64,000 nucleotides of DNA from Carcharhinus amblyrhynchos (taxonomy: Eukaryota): assembly GCA_965287045.1 (NCBI GenBank), contig OZ336885.1, positions 62,124,001-62,188,000 of the forward strand, given 5' to 3'. The notes below the pieces were generated by a model that was not told where the DNA came from, ran no database searches, and saw nothing but the letters and a program-made list of their open reading frames with translations. Below, piece after piece: positions 12,900 to 25,150 of this stretch; position 1 is the first letter of the stretch, and each line of letters starts with the position of its first letter. A program made the translations under genes and the position numbers.

Positions 12900-14500
12900 C
12901 GATGAGAAAATATGGAATGGAAGGCATCTGAACTGAAGACATGCAGACAAGATCCGTTGTAAAGAGGGGTATCCCCCCAAGCGAAGGTCAAGAACTCGAA
13001 GTGGGTGTAGCAACTGGAGTAAGAGGTGTTTGGCGCGTGATCTTCAGACGTGAATGAGAGAGAAACTGTCTCAGTGATTGGCGGAGCGAAAAGAAAAGCT
13101 ATTTTTTATATATATAGTGTGAGCAGTTATTTGGAAAGATTTGATCACCCTTAACAGTTATCACCGGACTCTGATAAGAGTGACCTAGGAGTGGGAGAGC
13201 GAGAAGGGAAAATACAAGACTCCAGGTGTTTTGTATAAACTTATCGATGTGGATTCACAAGAACAGCGGGGCACCCGGGATCCCTGATAAATCAGTATAT
13301 GACGAAAAGAAACAGACTCATGAAACAGATGACAAAAGTTGTCTGGGACACGTCCCACCCTCTAGATTAACAGCACAAGTGTATGAAAAAAAAATGAAAG
13401 ATAGGACCAAGAAAACCGAAGTTTTGATGGTGCACCAACTAGCCAGACTGATTAAACAGTTCTCTGGCTCGAGTAAAAATATGGGCCGATGATAAGAATC
13501 AAGACATTAGAATCATATGTTCGCGAACTGGGGAAAAAATGCCAAACAATAGGGGACCATTCTTGGGAATACTGCCCCCATACCCAAGCAGCCGATTAAT
13601 AAAGCCCACGGTGCCGGTGAGAGATTTTGACTTGGAGGTTCATGACTTGGCCCCTGTAGTTCGGGGAGTTACTACGTTTGCGCCCACTGCCCGATTTTAG
13701 CCGTACATCCCAGGGGAAAAACACCAGAACTTGTTTTCGCTGGCAAAACTTTAGCTCCGGAGTGCGAATGTCAAATTTTGGTCGGTGTTGGACACAATCT
13801 GGCTTGGCCATCAGTTACACTTACGAGATATACGTCAGTTGGTATGAGACGCCAGCCCACAGGACAAATGGGGACTGAAGGGTGACGGGATGGTCCCAAC
13901 AGGAACCCACCAAACGGACTCGTTTTGATTACGCGGGAGGAAGGTGCACACAAATAGGTGAGATAACAGCAGAAGTGGAGACACAGCAGGAACAATTTAA
14001 TCGGTTTAAGGCAGACGTTCAGCCAACTGGCATAAAAAAAAACAAATGTTAAACAACAGAAGATTGAAGGGCTTTTTAAGATCTACTAGGAATGCTCAGG
14101 GATGCCAGAAGCCGCCCGTACAGATAGAACATTTAAAATGGACTGACATTGGCTCTTCAGAAAATCCTTAAAATGAGAGTTATCAGTTCACGGAATTATG
14201 ATGTAGTCGTGGAATGTGCTTTTGGGATTAAGGACGGACCAGAATAAAAACAATACCAAGAGTAAAGCAGGAACACATAGCCTTAACTAACGGAATCAAG
14301 CCGAAGGGGACTTGTCATAATTGTGGGAAGCCAGGAAATTTCGCCCGGTACTGAAGGGCCCCAAAATGGGGTATGAGGAAAATGCTTACATGCCAATTTT
14401 GCAACAAGAGCGGATATGCAGAAGCCACGTACTGGGGCAAACACGGTAGATTTAACCTGTCTCCCCCACTGCAACGAAGGCAGTCGGCAGCCTCCTTGGA
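12900..14500 (+). pseudogene. gag: ERV gag remnant with two CCHC zinc knuckles
   Basis: CHNCGKPGNFARY*RAP at about 14313-14363 and CQFCNKSGYAEATYW at 14391-14435. The 5' boundary is uncertain. Confidence 0.75.
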
Positions 14501-14519
14501 CACGGGTAATAAGGAAGGT

Positions 14520-14800
14520 AGGATTTACACGCTTGCACTAGTAGGGGCAGACAATGTGAGATGTTGGTGCACATAGAAGCCTCCATATCTATCATGGACC
14601 TGCCCCTAACCCACAATTAATAAAATGATTTACGTGAACTGAATTAGCTGACAGAAAACCCTAGCCTATCTAAGTGAAACCACTTTGATAGAATTACATA
14701 ATTTGTATGTATCCATACGATGTAATGGGTGCAAGAACAATGAAAGAACAATTATGGGGAATGATTTAATGAAGGAATATGAAGTTTTAATATTTTGTGA
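14520..14800 (+). pseudogene. pro: ERV protease remnant
   Basis: MLVHIEASISI (decayed MLVDTGASISI) at 14561 and TIMGNDLM at about 14750. Confidence 0.7.
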
Positions 14801-15009
14801 AAGGGTGAATTGATTTGGCCCCATCCCGATGGGAAAAAAAAAGGAAAAGTTAGGAGCCAAAGCAAATCATATAGGAATCATCAATGCCACATCTGCCGGA
14901 GCACTTGAATGGCGATTAGAGGACAAAGCATTTGGCCAGAGGTATGAGTAAAAAACTAAATTAGATACCGATCTTATTAAAATTGACCCCATAATAGGTC
15001 CAGAGCATA

Positions 15010-18000
15010 AACCTCACTGACAATATCCCATTAAACCCGAAGCCAATAAGCAGGTCCAAGAAATTGTGATGGGATTGGTGGAAAAAGGGATCCTTCAGGA
15101 GACCATCAGTACCACGAACTCCCCGACTTGAACTGTGTCCAAACCGGGTGTGAGTTACCGATTAACCATTGATTATATAGCTTTAAATAAAGCAACTCCT
15201 AAACTACATCCCATTGTGGCCAGCCCCTCCAGCATCATAAATAGATTGCCACCATGCTATGAGATCGATCCCCTTAGACTTTTATTCACAGGATAATTTT
15301 GCCTTCATAATCGTCAATATACGTGGAATAGGCTCCCCCAGGGATTCCATAACAGCCAAGACATATTTCACCGGGTAATGAGTAAGATGTTGGAACACGT
15401 GGAACTCCTGAAAGGGAGCACAATTTTACAGTATGTAGAGGAAATCTTGACAGCCTCCGAAACTAAAGCGCAGCATCACACGGCACTAAACTCGATCTTG
15501 AAGCACTTGGAAGATCGGGAGTTAAAGGCGAACCAAAAAAACATGGCCCGATAGGAATTTCGCAGATATTATATTTGGGACATTTAATATTTGGGACGAA
15601 AGAAATGCCCGTAGACAGGAACACGACGATACAATAAGTGCCAAGGCCAATAACTATGCGAGGTGTAAGGAGGTTTGGGATTATTTAATTACAACCACGA
15701 CTTCATACCAGCATTTGCTAAATTAACTATGCCAAGATAAAGGCTCGTAAAAGGGAAGAAAACTGTTCTCGAAGCTGTAGAGGATGTGGGGGCGGGGGTA
15801 GAGCAGGAGGAACCATACTGTAAATTAAAAGTAAGATTAATGTCGGCGCCAGTACTTGGGTTACAAGGCGCTAGCACGAATTTTCATATCTATTGTAACA
15901 TAGCAGGCGGGTTCTATTCGGCAGTGACCCAAACTCACGGGGACAAACAGTGGCTGATGGAATATTATTCTCCAGCCGAAGGCCCCATAGTAATTGAATT
16001 ACACTGATGTATAGCCGCACTATATTGCGTGGCATGGGCGGAAAAACTCAGCGAGTCCATTGTAATGACGGGAAATATACTCTTCCACACCAAACATAGC
16101 ATGCTGGGCATGTTAAATGCAGGAAAATTACGAACTGCCTCAAACATGAGAAGGGCGAAGTGGGAGGAAGAACTTCTTCCCCCCACACATCCATCGCCAT
16201 TGTACGAGACACGAGAGAGAACCCCACCAAAGAAATGTTATGTGAAGGAAAACCACACATGTGGAAAGATAGATGAGGAAATAGAGAAAAGTAGAATACA
16301 TGACATGAGGCATTGGTGGAGGACCTGTTTGTGGAGGGGTCAGGGGAGTATGTAGACAGGTACTGCAAATGGCATGGTGGTAAACACGGACTTAGAAGTA
16401 GTCTGAGCAGGAAGGATAGAGGGATGTATGCCAGCACAAGTGGCAGAACTCGTGGCCTTGACCCAGGCTTTTACTGGGGCAGCAGGGAGAAAGCTCAATA
16501 TTTACACTGACAGTAGATATGCATTTGGAATTGTGCATGACTATATGACCGTTTGTGGAAGAAGGGGATTTGTTACAATGGGAGGCACTCCAGTTAAGTA
16601 TGGACAGATAATCAAAGCATTATTGGATGCCAGTGAGCTCCCATTAGAAGACACGGTATTGAAGGTAAAGGCGCACCAAAATGAACCAGATAAGCAAAGC
16701 CCTGAAAGGTATATGTTTAAAGGGAAACCAGGCAGCCAACGAAGCTGCAGAATCAGTCTTAGGAACAGGAGAAGTGCAAGCCGTGTCGGCCGCCTCAGTT
16801 AGAGTTGAACCCCCAACAGACATCTCAGAGCTACATTATGATACACCTGAAATAAAGCACACGAGGTTGAAAACTCAATGAGCTACACCTGATGAAAAGG
16901 GTGTATGGAGGTTAGTGGATAATGTTCTAGCGCCAGAATGTATCTAGCACATTCTGATGGAGTTATGTCATGGACTGTCACATGTGAGAAGACATGGCAT
17001 GACAACAGTACACAGAAGGAGTGGTGGTGGAAACGAATGGGATGGAACACACACGTTGTTGTCATTGGTGTGTTATTTGCGCACCGTAATCCCCAGGGAG
17101 GCCTTTAAAAATCAGGATCGGGGAACAACCTTGTTCTAAAGGTCCCTGGGAAAATCTACAAATTGACGTTGCAGGACGTTTTCCTCAGTAATACTTGCTG
17201 GCTAAGACGTGCTGGTTAAGTGCATTAACTTGAACAGATGTTGGAGCGTGATAATTAGGGGATTTTCATGGTAATTTCATTACCGTGTTAATGTAAGCCT
17301 TACTTGTGAGTAATAAATAGTCACACGGGAAAACTTACTACTTGGTGATAATTGACAAATTAACCAGATGGGTAGAGGCATTCCAGACTGAAAACTATTC
17401 AGCCACTACGTTGGCAAGAATATCAGCTGAGGAAGTTATTGCGAGGTCGGGGGTACCGTTACAAATAAACTCCGATCAAGGCACACACTTCACGGGGAAG
17501 ATAGTAAAAAAAAACATATGTTAATTGATGGGGACAAAACAGACATTTCACAAATCCTACCGCCCTCAAAGTTCAGGAATGTTGGAGCGTATGAATAGAA
17601 CTATTAAGACCACCCTGGCAAAGGCTATGCAGGGCTTGGAAAAAAAGGTGGACCGAGCTGTTGCCCACAATATTAATGAAAATCAGAGACACTACGAATC
17701 AAACCACCGGGCTGACGCCATATGAGCTAATGACCAGAACGATTATGCAGCTGCCTGAGTCCATTATTACCTGTGGGAGAGATGTAGGCCAATCACAGGA
17801 TCGGGTTAAACGGTATGTTTTAGAACCAAGGGCCCTACTGAGGAATATGTGAAAAACAGTGAGGCAAAACCAAATAGAGAAGGATTAGCACACTGAGTTG
17901 GAACAGACACCTGAGGTAACGGCGGTAGGTAGCAGGGTTATGGTAAATTCGTTACCTTGAAAGCCTGTGTTCGCCACCCCGCACCCCCCGCCACAATAGA

Positions 18001-18110
18001 ATTGCCTCTATGCGGCCATAACCAGTTGAAATATTTGTGCCTGCGTAGATATGCATGGCAGGGTTGCCTGGAAACATTGGACTCAATTGAAAGAATATGC
18101 CGGCACAAAT
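15010..18110 (+). pseudogene. pol: ERV pol remnant: RT, tether, RNase H, integrase
   Basis: RT: QYPIKPEA, YRLTIDY, YTWNRLPQGFHNS, QYVEEI (YVDD). Tether: LMSAPVLGL. RNase H: AQVAELVAL...NIYTDSRYAFG...KVKAH. IN: GPWENLQID, IIDKLTRWVEAF, INSDQGTHFTG, YRPQSSGMLERMNRTIK, WKHWTQLK. Confidence 0.95.
17204..17319 (+). mobile_element. 5'-truncated V-SINE tail inserted in ERV integrase
   Basis: aagacgtgctggttaagtgcatt...gtgttaatgtaagccttacttgtgagtaataaata is the reverse complement of the tail at 4903-5040. Confidence 0.85.
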
Positions 18111-18255
18111 TGGGGAGAACAATGTACTCAATTCACAGGGAGGATGAGATGACTGATCTCCAAGCAAGCTGAATGGGTGCGTGGAAGTTGTGTTTGGGCA
18201 ATATAACCTTTGCTGCATTGTATAATGGTCCGCCGGGTTATAATTAAGTGATAGA

Positions 18256-19777
18256 ATGCTTCTATTGCTGCTTCTCGCGATCCTCACCCTGCCAGCCAAT
18301 GAGGAAAAGTATAGATGGGATTGCGCAGAGTTGCGGACAGAACATCACAAGCATCCCTCTAACAATCACTCTGTCTACTGTAATCTTCTGACGTATGGAG
18401 TACACCGCTGGGATGAACTCGGGATTTCTTTACCATACCATGTTCGGAACTCTGTTGGAGGGGCGAGTTGATTGGGGTCTCCAAAGCAATGTAACTAGAA
18501 TTTCCGGTGTTTAGCTGAGGAGCTGGGATAGACCGGTGCCCTAGAACAGCAGAGGTTTCGGGGGGATGAATACATGAAGACTAGATTTGGCTCATCCAAG
18601 TGGCCATTGCATCAATCCTTTAATAGCGGATCCAACACGTGAACACTTCCGTATATATGTCTCACATGCGTGCATTACACTCAAATTTGAGCAAGTGTTC
18701 GGTCTGCTCAGACTTACCCATGCACGGAGGAAAAGGGGAGAGTCTTTTATTCCCTATCGCTTTGTCAACTCCGGAAATGGTAGAATGGATTTTGAGTCAG
18801 ATTGGAACCCAGGGCTGTGCAAGGAAAGTGACATTTAAAACCCCATCAGGCACTACTATTTAAGATACTTTCAATTTCAACGATAGCCATGCTGTTTCGG
18901 GGTAGTAAGCGGAGGGCGCACTGCATTAGCCTTTCAGAACCATTGCCAGCCCAGCTATAACAGATCAGGCTCTCCTCCCCGCTTCGTTGTGAAAAGCCAG
19001 CAAAGGGGGTGTGTCTGCTTGGGAAGAAACAGAACCTTACCTGGGGGCTGTAGAGATTGTACTCAGCAGGTTAATGTCATCAATGGTGCCAGTGGGTTTT
19101 GGTGCAACAGATTATAATCCATTGCACCACACCGATGTCCTGATCAACCTCTCCTCTGCTTATGTGAGCAGTATGACCGCACATAATGGTACCTATTTTC
19201 TCTGTAGAAGCAACGCATACCCGTGGCTTCCTTGGAATTGGGCAGGATCGTGTTATTCACCATGTGTGGTGCCCTATATTCACCATTACACTGACTTTCG
19301 GGACGACTCCGCGATACACATGCTCAGGGCTAAGCAAGCCAATTGTGAGACAGCACGGTTCCTCGTGATAGCCTACCCATCTTATGGGACGGCAAAAAAC
19401 AGCTGAGGGAACTGGCTGGCACTCCATTATGTATTAGCCTCCCAGAGAGGAATGTGTGCTACAATTTGTTCTGGAAGCTGAACATATATCCCAGATGATT
19501 TGGCAGATCATTTCAAATGGGTAGCAAAGATAATAAAAGATGATGTGAGCCAATGTCATAATTATAACCGTCTGGGATGGCTCGGAAATGGTTCGGGTTG
19601 TGTGGATCATACCTGATGCATGGGTTGATTGCATTAGTTGTCATTGTTATTGCATTTTGTGTTTGTACGGCATTATCAGAGGCTTGTAAAACAGCAGCAG
19701 CCTGGATTATGGAGTTCAAGTGTACAGGCAGAAGGAGCGGACCTACTGGCGAAGGACATAGGCCCACGTGCTGGTAA
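18256..19777 (+). pseudogene. env: ERV env remnant, gamma-type
   Basis: Signal-like MLLLLLLAILTLP; NLSKCSVCSDLP (CXXC); NGTYFLC..NAYPWLPWNWAGSCY; RAKQ (furin site) 19326-19337; LALHYVLASQRGMC...TYIPD (ISD/CX6CC remnant); TM helix GLIALVVIVIAFCVC. Confidence 0.9.
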
Positions 19778-19827
19778 CATTTGGCTCTGAATTGGTCATG
19801 GGGCAATGCTTGGGCAGGATCCAGACC

Positions 19828-19838
19828 AAAAGTGGGGA
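19828..19838 (+). promoter_or_regulatory. Polypurine tract
   Basis: AAAAGTGGGGA immediately before the TG of the 3' LTR. Confidence 0.8.
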
Positions 19839-19839
19839 C

Positions 19840-20220
19840 TGAAAAAGGGACAGGGTTAATTAATTCGGTACATAGAATTTGTGCAAGAGTATTGCGAACC
19901 TTATCTGTTTGTGCAAGCATGTGTGCTAACAAAACATATTTAAACATCTGCAGATACTGAAGTGTGATAATGGCTGTTTGAAAGAATGAATCATACTGAG
20001 AGAAGGAACTGTGGTCGTGACTGGAGCTTAGAGCTGCAATTGTGACTAGAGCTGGAAGAACTCCGTTGTGACTGTGACCAGAAACTATACTGTATAAATA
20101 TCCATCCTCACTTGTATCTGGGAAGAAGTCTGGCACTTCGCCTTAGGAACGAACTTCACCAAAAGCTTTTGCAATAAAGGCACTGGACTTTGACTCAGAA
20201 GTATTATTTTAGTTACAACA
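19840..20220 (+). repeat. ERV 3' LTR
   Basis: TG...CA termini, TATAAA 20093-20098, AATAAA 20173-20178, collinear with the 5' LTR. Confidence 0.92.
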
Positions 20221-20273
20221 ACTGGATTGCAAAATTATTGTGGAAATGCATGTATTGGAGTGGGGTAAACATA

Positions 20274-20350
20274 GGAAGAAGTTTCGCAACGCCAGGTGAA
20301 AGTCCAACAGTCCCTTTTGGACTTTAACCCGGTGCTGCAAAATTATCGCC
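20274..20350. repeat. Collapsed inverted repeat, probably Penelope-derived
   Basis: Imperfect arms gcaacgccaggtgaaagtccaacag / cttttggactttaacccggtgctgc; resembles a common shark palindromic repeat as recalled. Confidence 0.55.
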
Positions 20351-21479
20351 AGAATTGTTCCACAGTAATCTCCCTCAAAAAGGGCGTGAGATTTGCTGCT
20401 TTTTTTGATAAAAATAAGTGCAATATGTAGATGCAGTATTCGTTTCTTTTTTTTTCAGGAAGAAAGCTCATGAGTAAGCGATGTTGATGCTAGAATGTAG
20501 CCATATTTTTTGTTCTCACTTTGGTCATTTTCCTTCACAGCCTGAAGCAACATTTCTACGCAGTTCACCTTCTTTAAACAAACAACAGCCTGGGGATAAC
20601 CACCTCACGTTCCATTGTACTTCCAGTACAATGAAGGAGCAAGACAAAGTTCTTCAACACCATACTTCTTCCTTCATAAATAGTGAAGTATTGTAGTTTA
20701 AGTGATGGACCTTTCTGTTGATTATGCGCTAAGTGCAAGAATGTTACTTCAGAGCAATGACACAACTGATCTTTATTTGTTTTCACACTGCTGTTTCGAT
20801 AATTATTTAAAATAGATAATGTCTCGGGTCTTTATTGGATAAATGAGAAAATCGCCCAGAATGTGATATTTGCAAGTATTGGAATCAGAGCAAAAAATAA
20901 ACCATATATTCTCAGTCGTCTAATGTGCTTTTGAGAATTGTTGGAGTTCTCTCATAAGCAGGCATGCACTTTTTTTTTAACCTGGGCAGTGCACTGAGTT
21001 AAATCCTATTTTATGTGTTCGAAGGAAACACTGATAAAACAATTATTTCACCTTTTTCATCGTTGCTCTGTTTCACTGTGTTCAGTTCTGTGAATAAATT
21101 ACCGGACTGCAATTAGAGGCTGAACTTTTTTTTCAACTTTCCCGACTTATTTCGATTTTATTTGCCTCTTTCGTTCGTCCAGTTTTCCAAACACCATCAG
21201 TTAATGCCAGCAAAACAAAAAAGATATTGTCAATGATTGTGTACAAGTATGTTTCTCATCATCAACGGCAGTGGATAGAAAATTAGTAACATAAAATATT
21301 TGAAAAACAACATTGATGCAGCACATATGACGTATTGTGGGACACCTTCTATGTTTTGGCACTCCAAATAACCCTTTTAACTTAACAACATCCCTCTGTC
21401 TTCTCCCAATATCCAATTCTGTTGTCCCAATAATCATCTACTGCATTATATATTGCCTCGATTCAACATGCCTGCAGAA

Positions 21480-22900
21480 CATTTGCAGAAAACTTTTTTC
21501 CAGACCCAAGCCATTTGTTGTTTGAAACTATCACAGCACACTTGCGTTTTCTTTTTTGTGAAAATCATTTGCTCTGTGTCATCGCCTTACAAATTCTTAT
21601 ACCATCGGGGGAAAAAAAAGTTTCCCGATTTATTTTATATCCAGCCACTCATTAAGTGGAACGGATTTATCCAATTTCTTACTGACATTCTTTGCTCCAT
21701 TCTTCTCTGAAAGGAGAATAGATGCAACCATGCAAGTCTATCCACATGAAGGAAACATTCATCGAAATATTTTCCATATGAGCTTCAATGTTTTCACATT
21801 CTTCCTGCAGATTTGCTCCGGAAGTGTACACAGAAGCCCAACCGTTGACTAAGTAACCTGTTCCACTAGTTCTATTTGATGCTACTATAAATAAAGCACA
21901 TACTACGATGAAATTTATTAACTGTTATCGATATCTGTCCAACGATATCAGCGGATCTGTGTATACATGAACTCAGGTCCTGCAGCTCATGCATCCTCTA
22001 AGGAATTGTGCCTCCTTTTAATGAATCTCCATGTTCTTCTGACAAAATATTCCCACCTCTGACTAATTCTTCATGTGCCACAACTCTGCCCATTCTTACT
22101 TCTTTTTTTCAAGTACTGTCGACAATGTCCATTTCACTGCTAATAATTTGAAAATTTTAACATTGAGCATTGCACATCAGGACCTAAATTGTTGATCTAC
22201 ATTACTGAATTTGTGATCACTACAAGGAACTCTGGGAACAGATTTACTTTGCACACCCCAGCCCAAAGAAATTTGTGGTTACACACAGATTATGATAAAT
22301 CGGGAAATGTTGCATCCATGGTGCAACTCTCCATCTGATTCCATGACCTGCAACGTTCCTTAGCGACCTTTTGTGTGGCACTGTATTAAATGCTATTTGA
22401 TTTTGTATGTCTTCCAACAATCAGCAATAGTCTCATTGGAGTCTTGCTTTTCCTCCTCAGGAATCCGTAACATTCGCAACATTCGGTTTGATGATATTCT
22501 AACATTTTGTAAACAACAGTGTAGCATTTGCAAAGATCGTTTGGAAAATTCGCTCAGTTTAGGCTCCCTTGGATTCATGTGGCCAGCCACGTGCAATTTC
22601 CAATTTAACTTCCATAAATAAATTTGGTTGTATCTCAAAGGGTCAGAGTGTGTTGTCTAGTTGAAGTTTCAGTCGTCAATTCCACACTCTACTGTTACAG
22701 TTCTGAATGCATCAGAGGGTCATGATTCTGTGTCTGTTATGGTGGCCTGGGTAGCATCTAACTCTTCCGTGAGGGCATTTGCAATTTATTAGTTGAACAC
22801 CTGAAAATGTTCCTAACCTTCCATCGAAAATTTGCATTTTGTGCCGAATCATTTTACGTTCCATTGACTGTATATATGCCTAATCGAAGTCTTTGGATGA
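21480..22900 (-). mobile_element. Old CR1 LINE RT/3' region, highly degenerate
   Basis: ttcacattcttcctgcag...gtgtacacag and ttccatgacctgcaac...tgtggcactgtattaaatgc are collinear with the young minus-strand CR1 at 59858-61241. Confidence 0.55.
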
Positions 22901-23689
22901 TGAGTCATGCAGGTGGCCAGTCGTTTTCTCATAGTCATTAACTAATTCTGTTATTTTTTTTCCAGTTCCATAAAGGGCCGTCTGTGTTCTGTCTTGTTCT
23001 CACTTTGTTTTCATTTGTTTGTTTGTTTTCCAGGTGCATGATCACAGATGTTATTGTTCAACGCAATTCCTATCGCGTTTGCATCCAGAGATCTCCGAAA
23101 TGTTTTGTTCCCACGGCCATAGTTATAGACAGTGTGCCTCGGATCTTTAATTTTAAGCGTTGTCTAAAATTTCACTCGGATTTTACGTCAAACTTTATTT
23201 CCCATCTGACGGGCCAATTTCCAGTTTTGATCTCTGAAGTGGATGCTACAACATTGTATTACATATCTTCGTGATTGTATATTTTTTTTCAATTTAACTC
23301 TTAAATTTATGTTACAATGGAAATGGTTTCCTAAATGTCTCGCTGCGAACATTTGATCTTCTTGTTCTGCGTCATTTTCAAAACAGATCAAAATGCACAC
23401 CCATTCTTAGTTCAATGGGCGTAGGCAGCTGTTGAAAAGAATGCTAACAAAGCGAATGATCTTTTGCCCATCTCCGCAATTTGCACTACATCTGTTCCAG
23501 TTTATATTAAATTACAAACATGAATGCAACTATGCATTGTGGATCGTATCTCTTGGTTACTTCCTCACATATCTGATCTTTTGAAACCTTCTCACTAGTT
23601 GACGGTTCAATTGCTATGCAGTGGAATGCAATTGTGCATATTTAATTATTTAGCCAGATTCTGTTCTGAAAGGTGCCGCTGTCCTGAAA

Positions 23690-23935
23690 GGTGCCGCAAA
23701 ACGCAACGGTCCCAGGTTTCATTCCCAGCTTGGTTCACTGTGAGGACTTTGCACGTTCTCCCCGTGTCATATTCGGTTTCTCCTTGGCGTTCCGATTATC
23801 TCCAACAGTCCAAAAGTTGTGCTAGTTAAGTGTAATGTCTTCACTAAATTGTCCTTCAGCGTCAGAACGTCGCGACGAGGGTTTTTTCACAAAATTCATT
23901 GCAGCATTAATGCAAGCTGACGCGAATAATAAATA
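23690..23935 (+). mobile_element. V-SINE (alternative tail)
   Basis: cccaggtttcattcccagcttgg...tttgcacgttctccccgtgtc...cagtccaaaag...ttcattgcagcattaatgcaagc...aataaa. Confidence 0.8.
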
Positions 23936-24854
23936 TGCTTCATTTTATAAGGCTGTGGAACTTTTTTTTCCCCCCAGCACTGCAAATCTCTCAGTTGTCT
24001 ATAGGTCAAGTCCTACTTTAAAATTTTTTTCCGATGTTTTATCCAATTTCTCCGTGGAATATTTAAAACTGAGTTATGTCATTCCTTGTCACTGATCTGT
24101 TTTCAAATTAGGATCATATTTATTTAATACAGTATGCACCCGTATGCCAGCAATTGTATATGCATGTTGTTGCTATGTTCTGAGATTTGGAGTACACGCA
24201 TGATAATCCGAATTATAGTGTCAGATTTTCATCCGGCCTCCTAATTTTCTTACTATTTTGCTCCTTACTGTACTCGTGATTTTGCTCTTTCTACCACGTT
24301 TTGCATCAGGTTATTACTTCAATTTCGTAACCTTCATTCATAAACCTATTTTGAATTAAATTATATTCCCCCAGACACCACTACCAAAATTTTCATAGAT
24401 CATCACCTCTGCTCTGTTCACGTGAAGACCATGCTTTTCGTTGCATACTCAGTGTGTTGCGCAAACTGCTCAAGGTTGACGTATCACCATCCACCATATG
24501 CGACCTGTGTCTTCCATTTCTTACAAAATAGCCAAATATTTCATTTTCAGATATGTTTTATTATACACACATGTAGGCTGCAATAATGTAGAGATCACGC
24601 GCACAACATTAAAACAAAAACATGCACCTGGTCGTGGAGGCTCGGTCAGAAGAAAATAATTATGTCAATTGGGGAAATGTGTAAATAGGTTCTGAATGAA
24701 AGAGACGCAGGTATATCGCATGGGATATTTGAAAAAAACGTAGTGCGAAGTTTCCAAACGTATACACTCGTTTATGCACAACTCATTCATAACGCAACGT
24801 GGTGATTACAAACTTCAATGTTTGGAATTAAACATGCATTTCCACATTTTATCA

Positions 24855-25150
24855 GGCTGGGATTCACCGCAAATCAGTCGATACCGAGGCGACTGACGAA
24901 TTGACCTTGGCGGAATTCATCCTTCCCGCCCTCCAGAGAAATCGTGGTGGGTTATGCACGGACCATGCAAATGTCTTTTGAACTGGGGTGAGAGTTCCCA
25001 ACCTTAGAGCGAGAGTAGTCGTCTTATCCCGCCAGGCCTGTGTAAGGTTGTAATCAGTATGAATACCTTAAAGGCGAAAGACTATGCACATTACGATTTC
25101 GAGCAAAAGGTTTCAAAACCTGTTAGAAAATAAAGAACATTGAGCGCGCT
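24855..25150. mobile_element. Possible Harbinger-type non-autonomous remnant
   Basis: Begins ggctgggattcaccg like the TIRs at 41223 and 46720; GC-rich with small hairpins. The partner TIR was not found. Confidence 0.3.

Larger units (their letters stand above)
12369..20220 (+). mobile_element. Full-length degenerate endogenous retrovirus (LTR-gag-pro-pol-env-LTR)
   Basis: Paired LTRs, ACTGG at both flanks (12364-12368 and 20221-20225), PBS, PPT and all retroviral domains in order. Every gene is broken by stops or frameshifts. Confidence 0.95.

Noticed and set aside
20613-20633. 9-bp hairpin (also 8-bp at 4595-4614)
   Set aside because: Stems this short are near chance expectation in 64 kb of AT-rich DNA.
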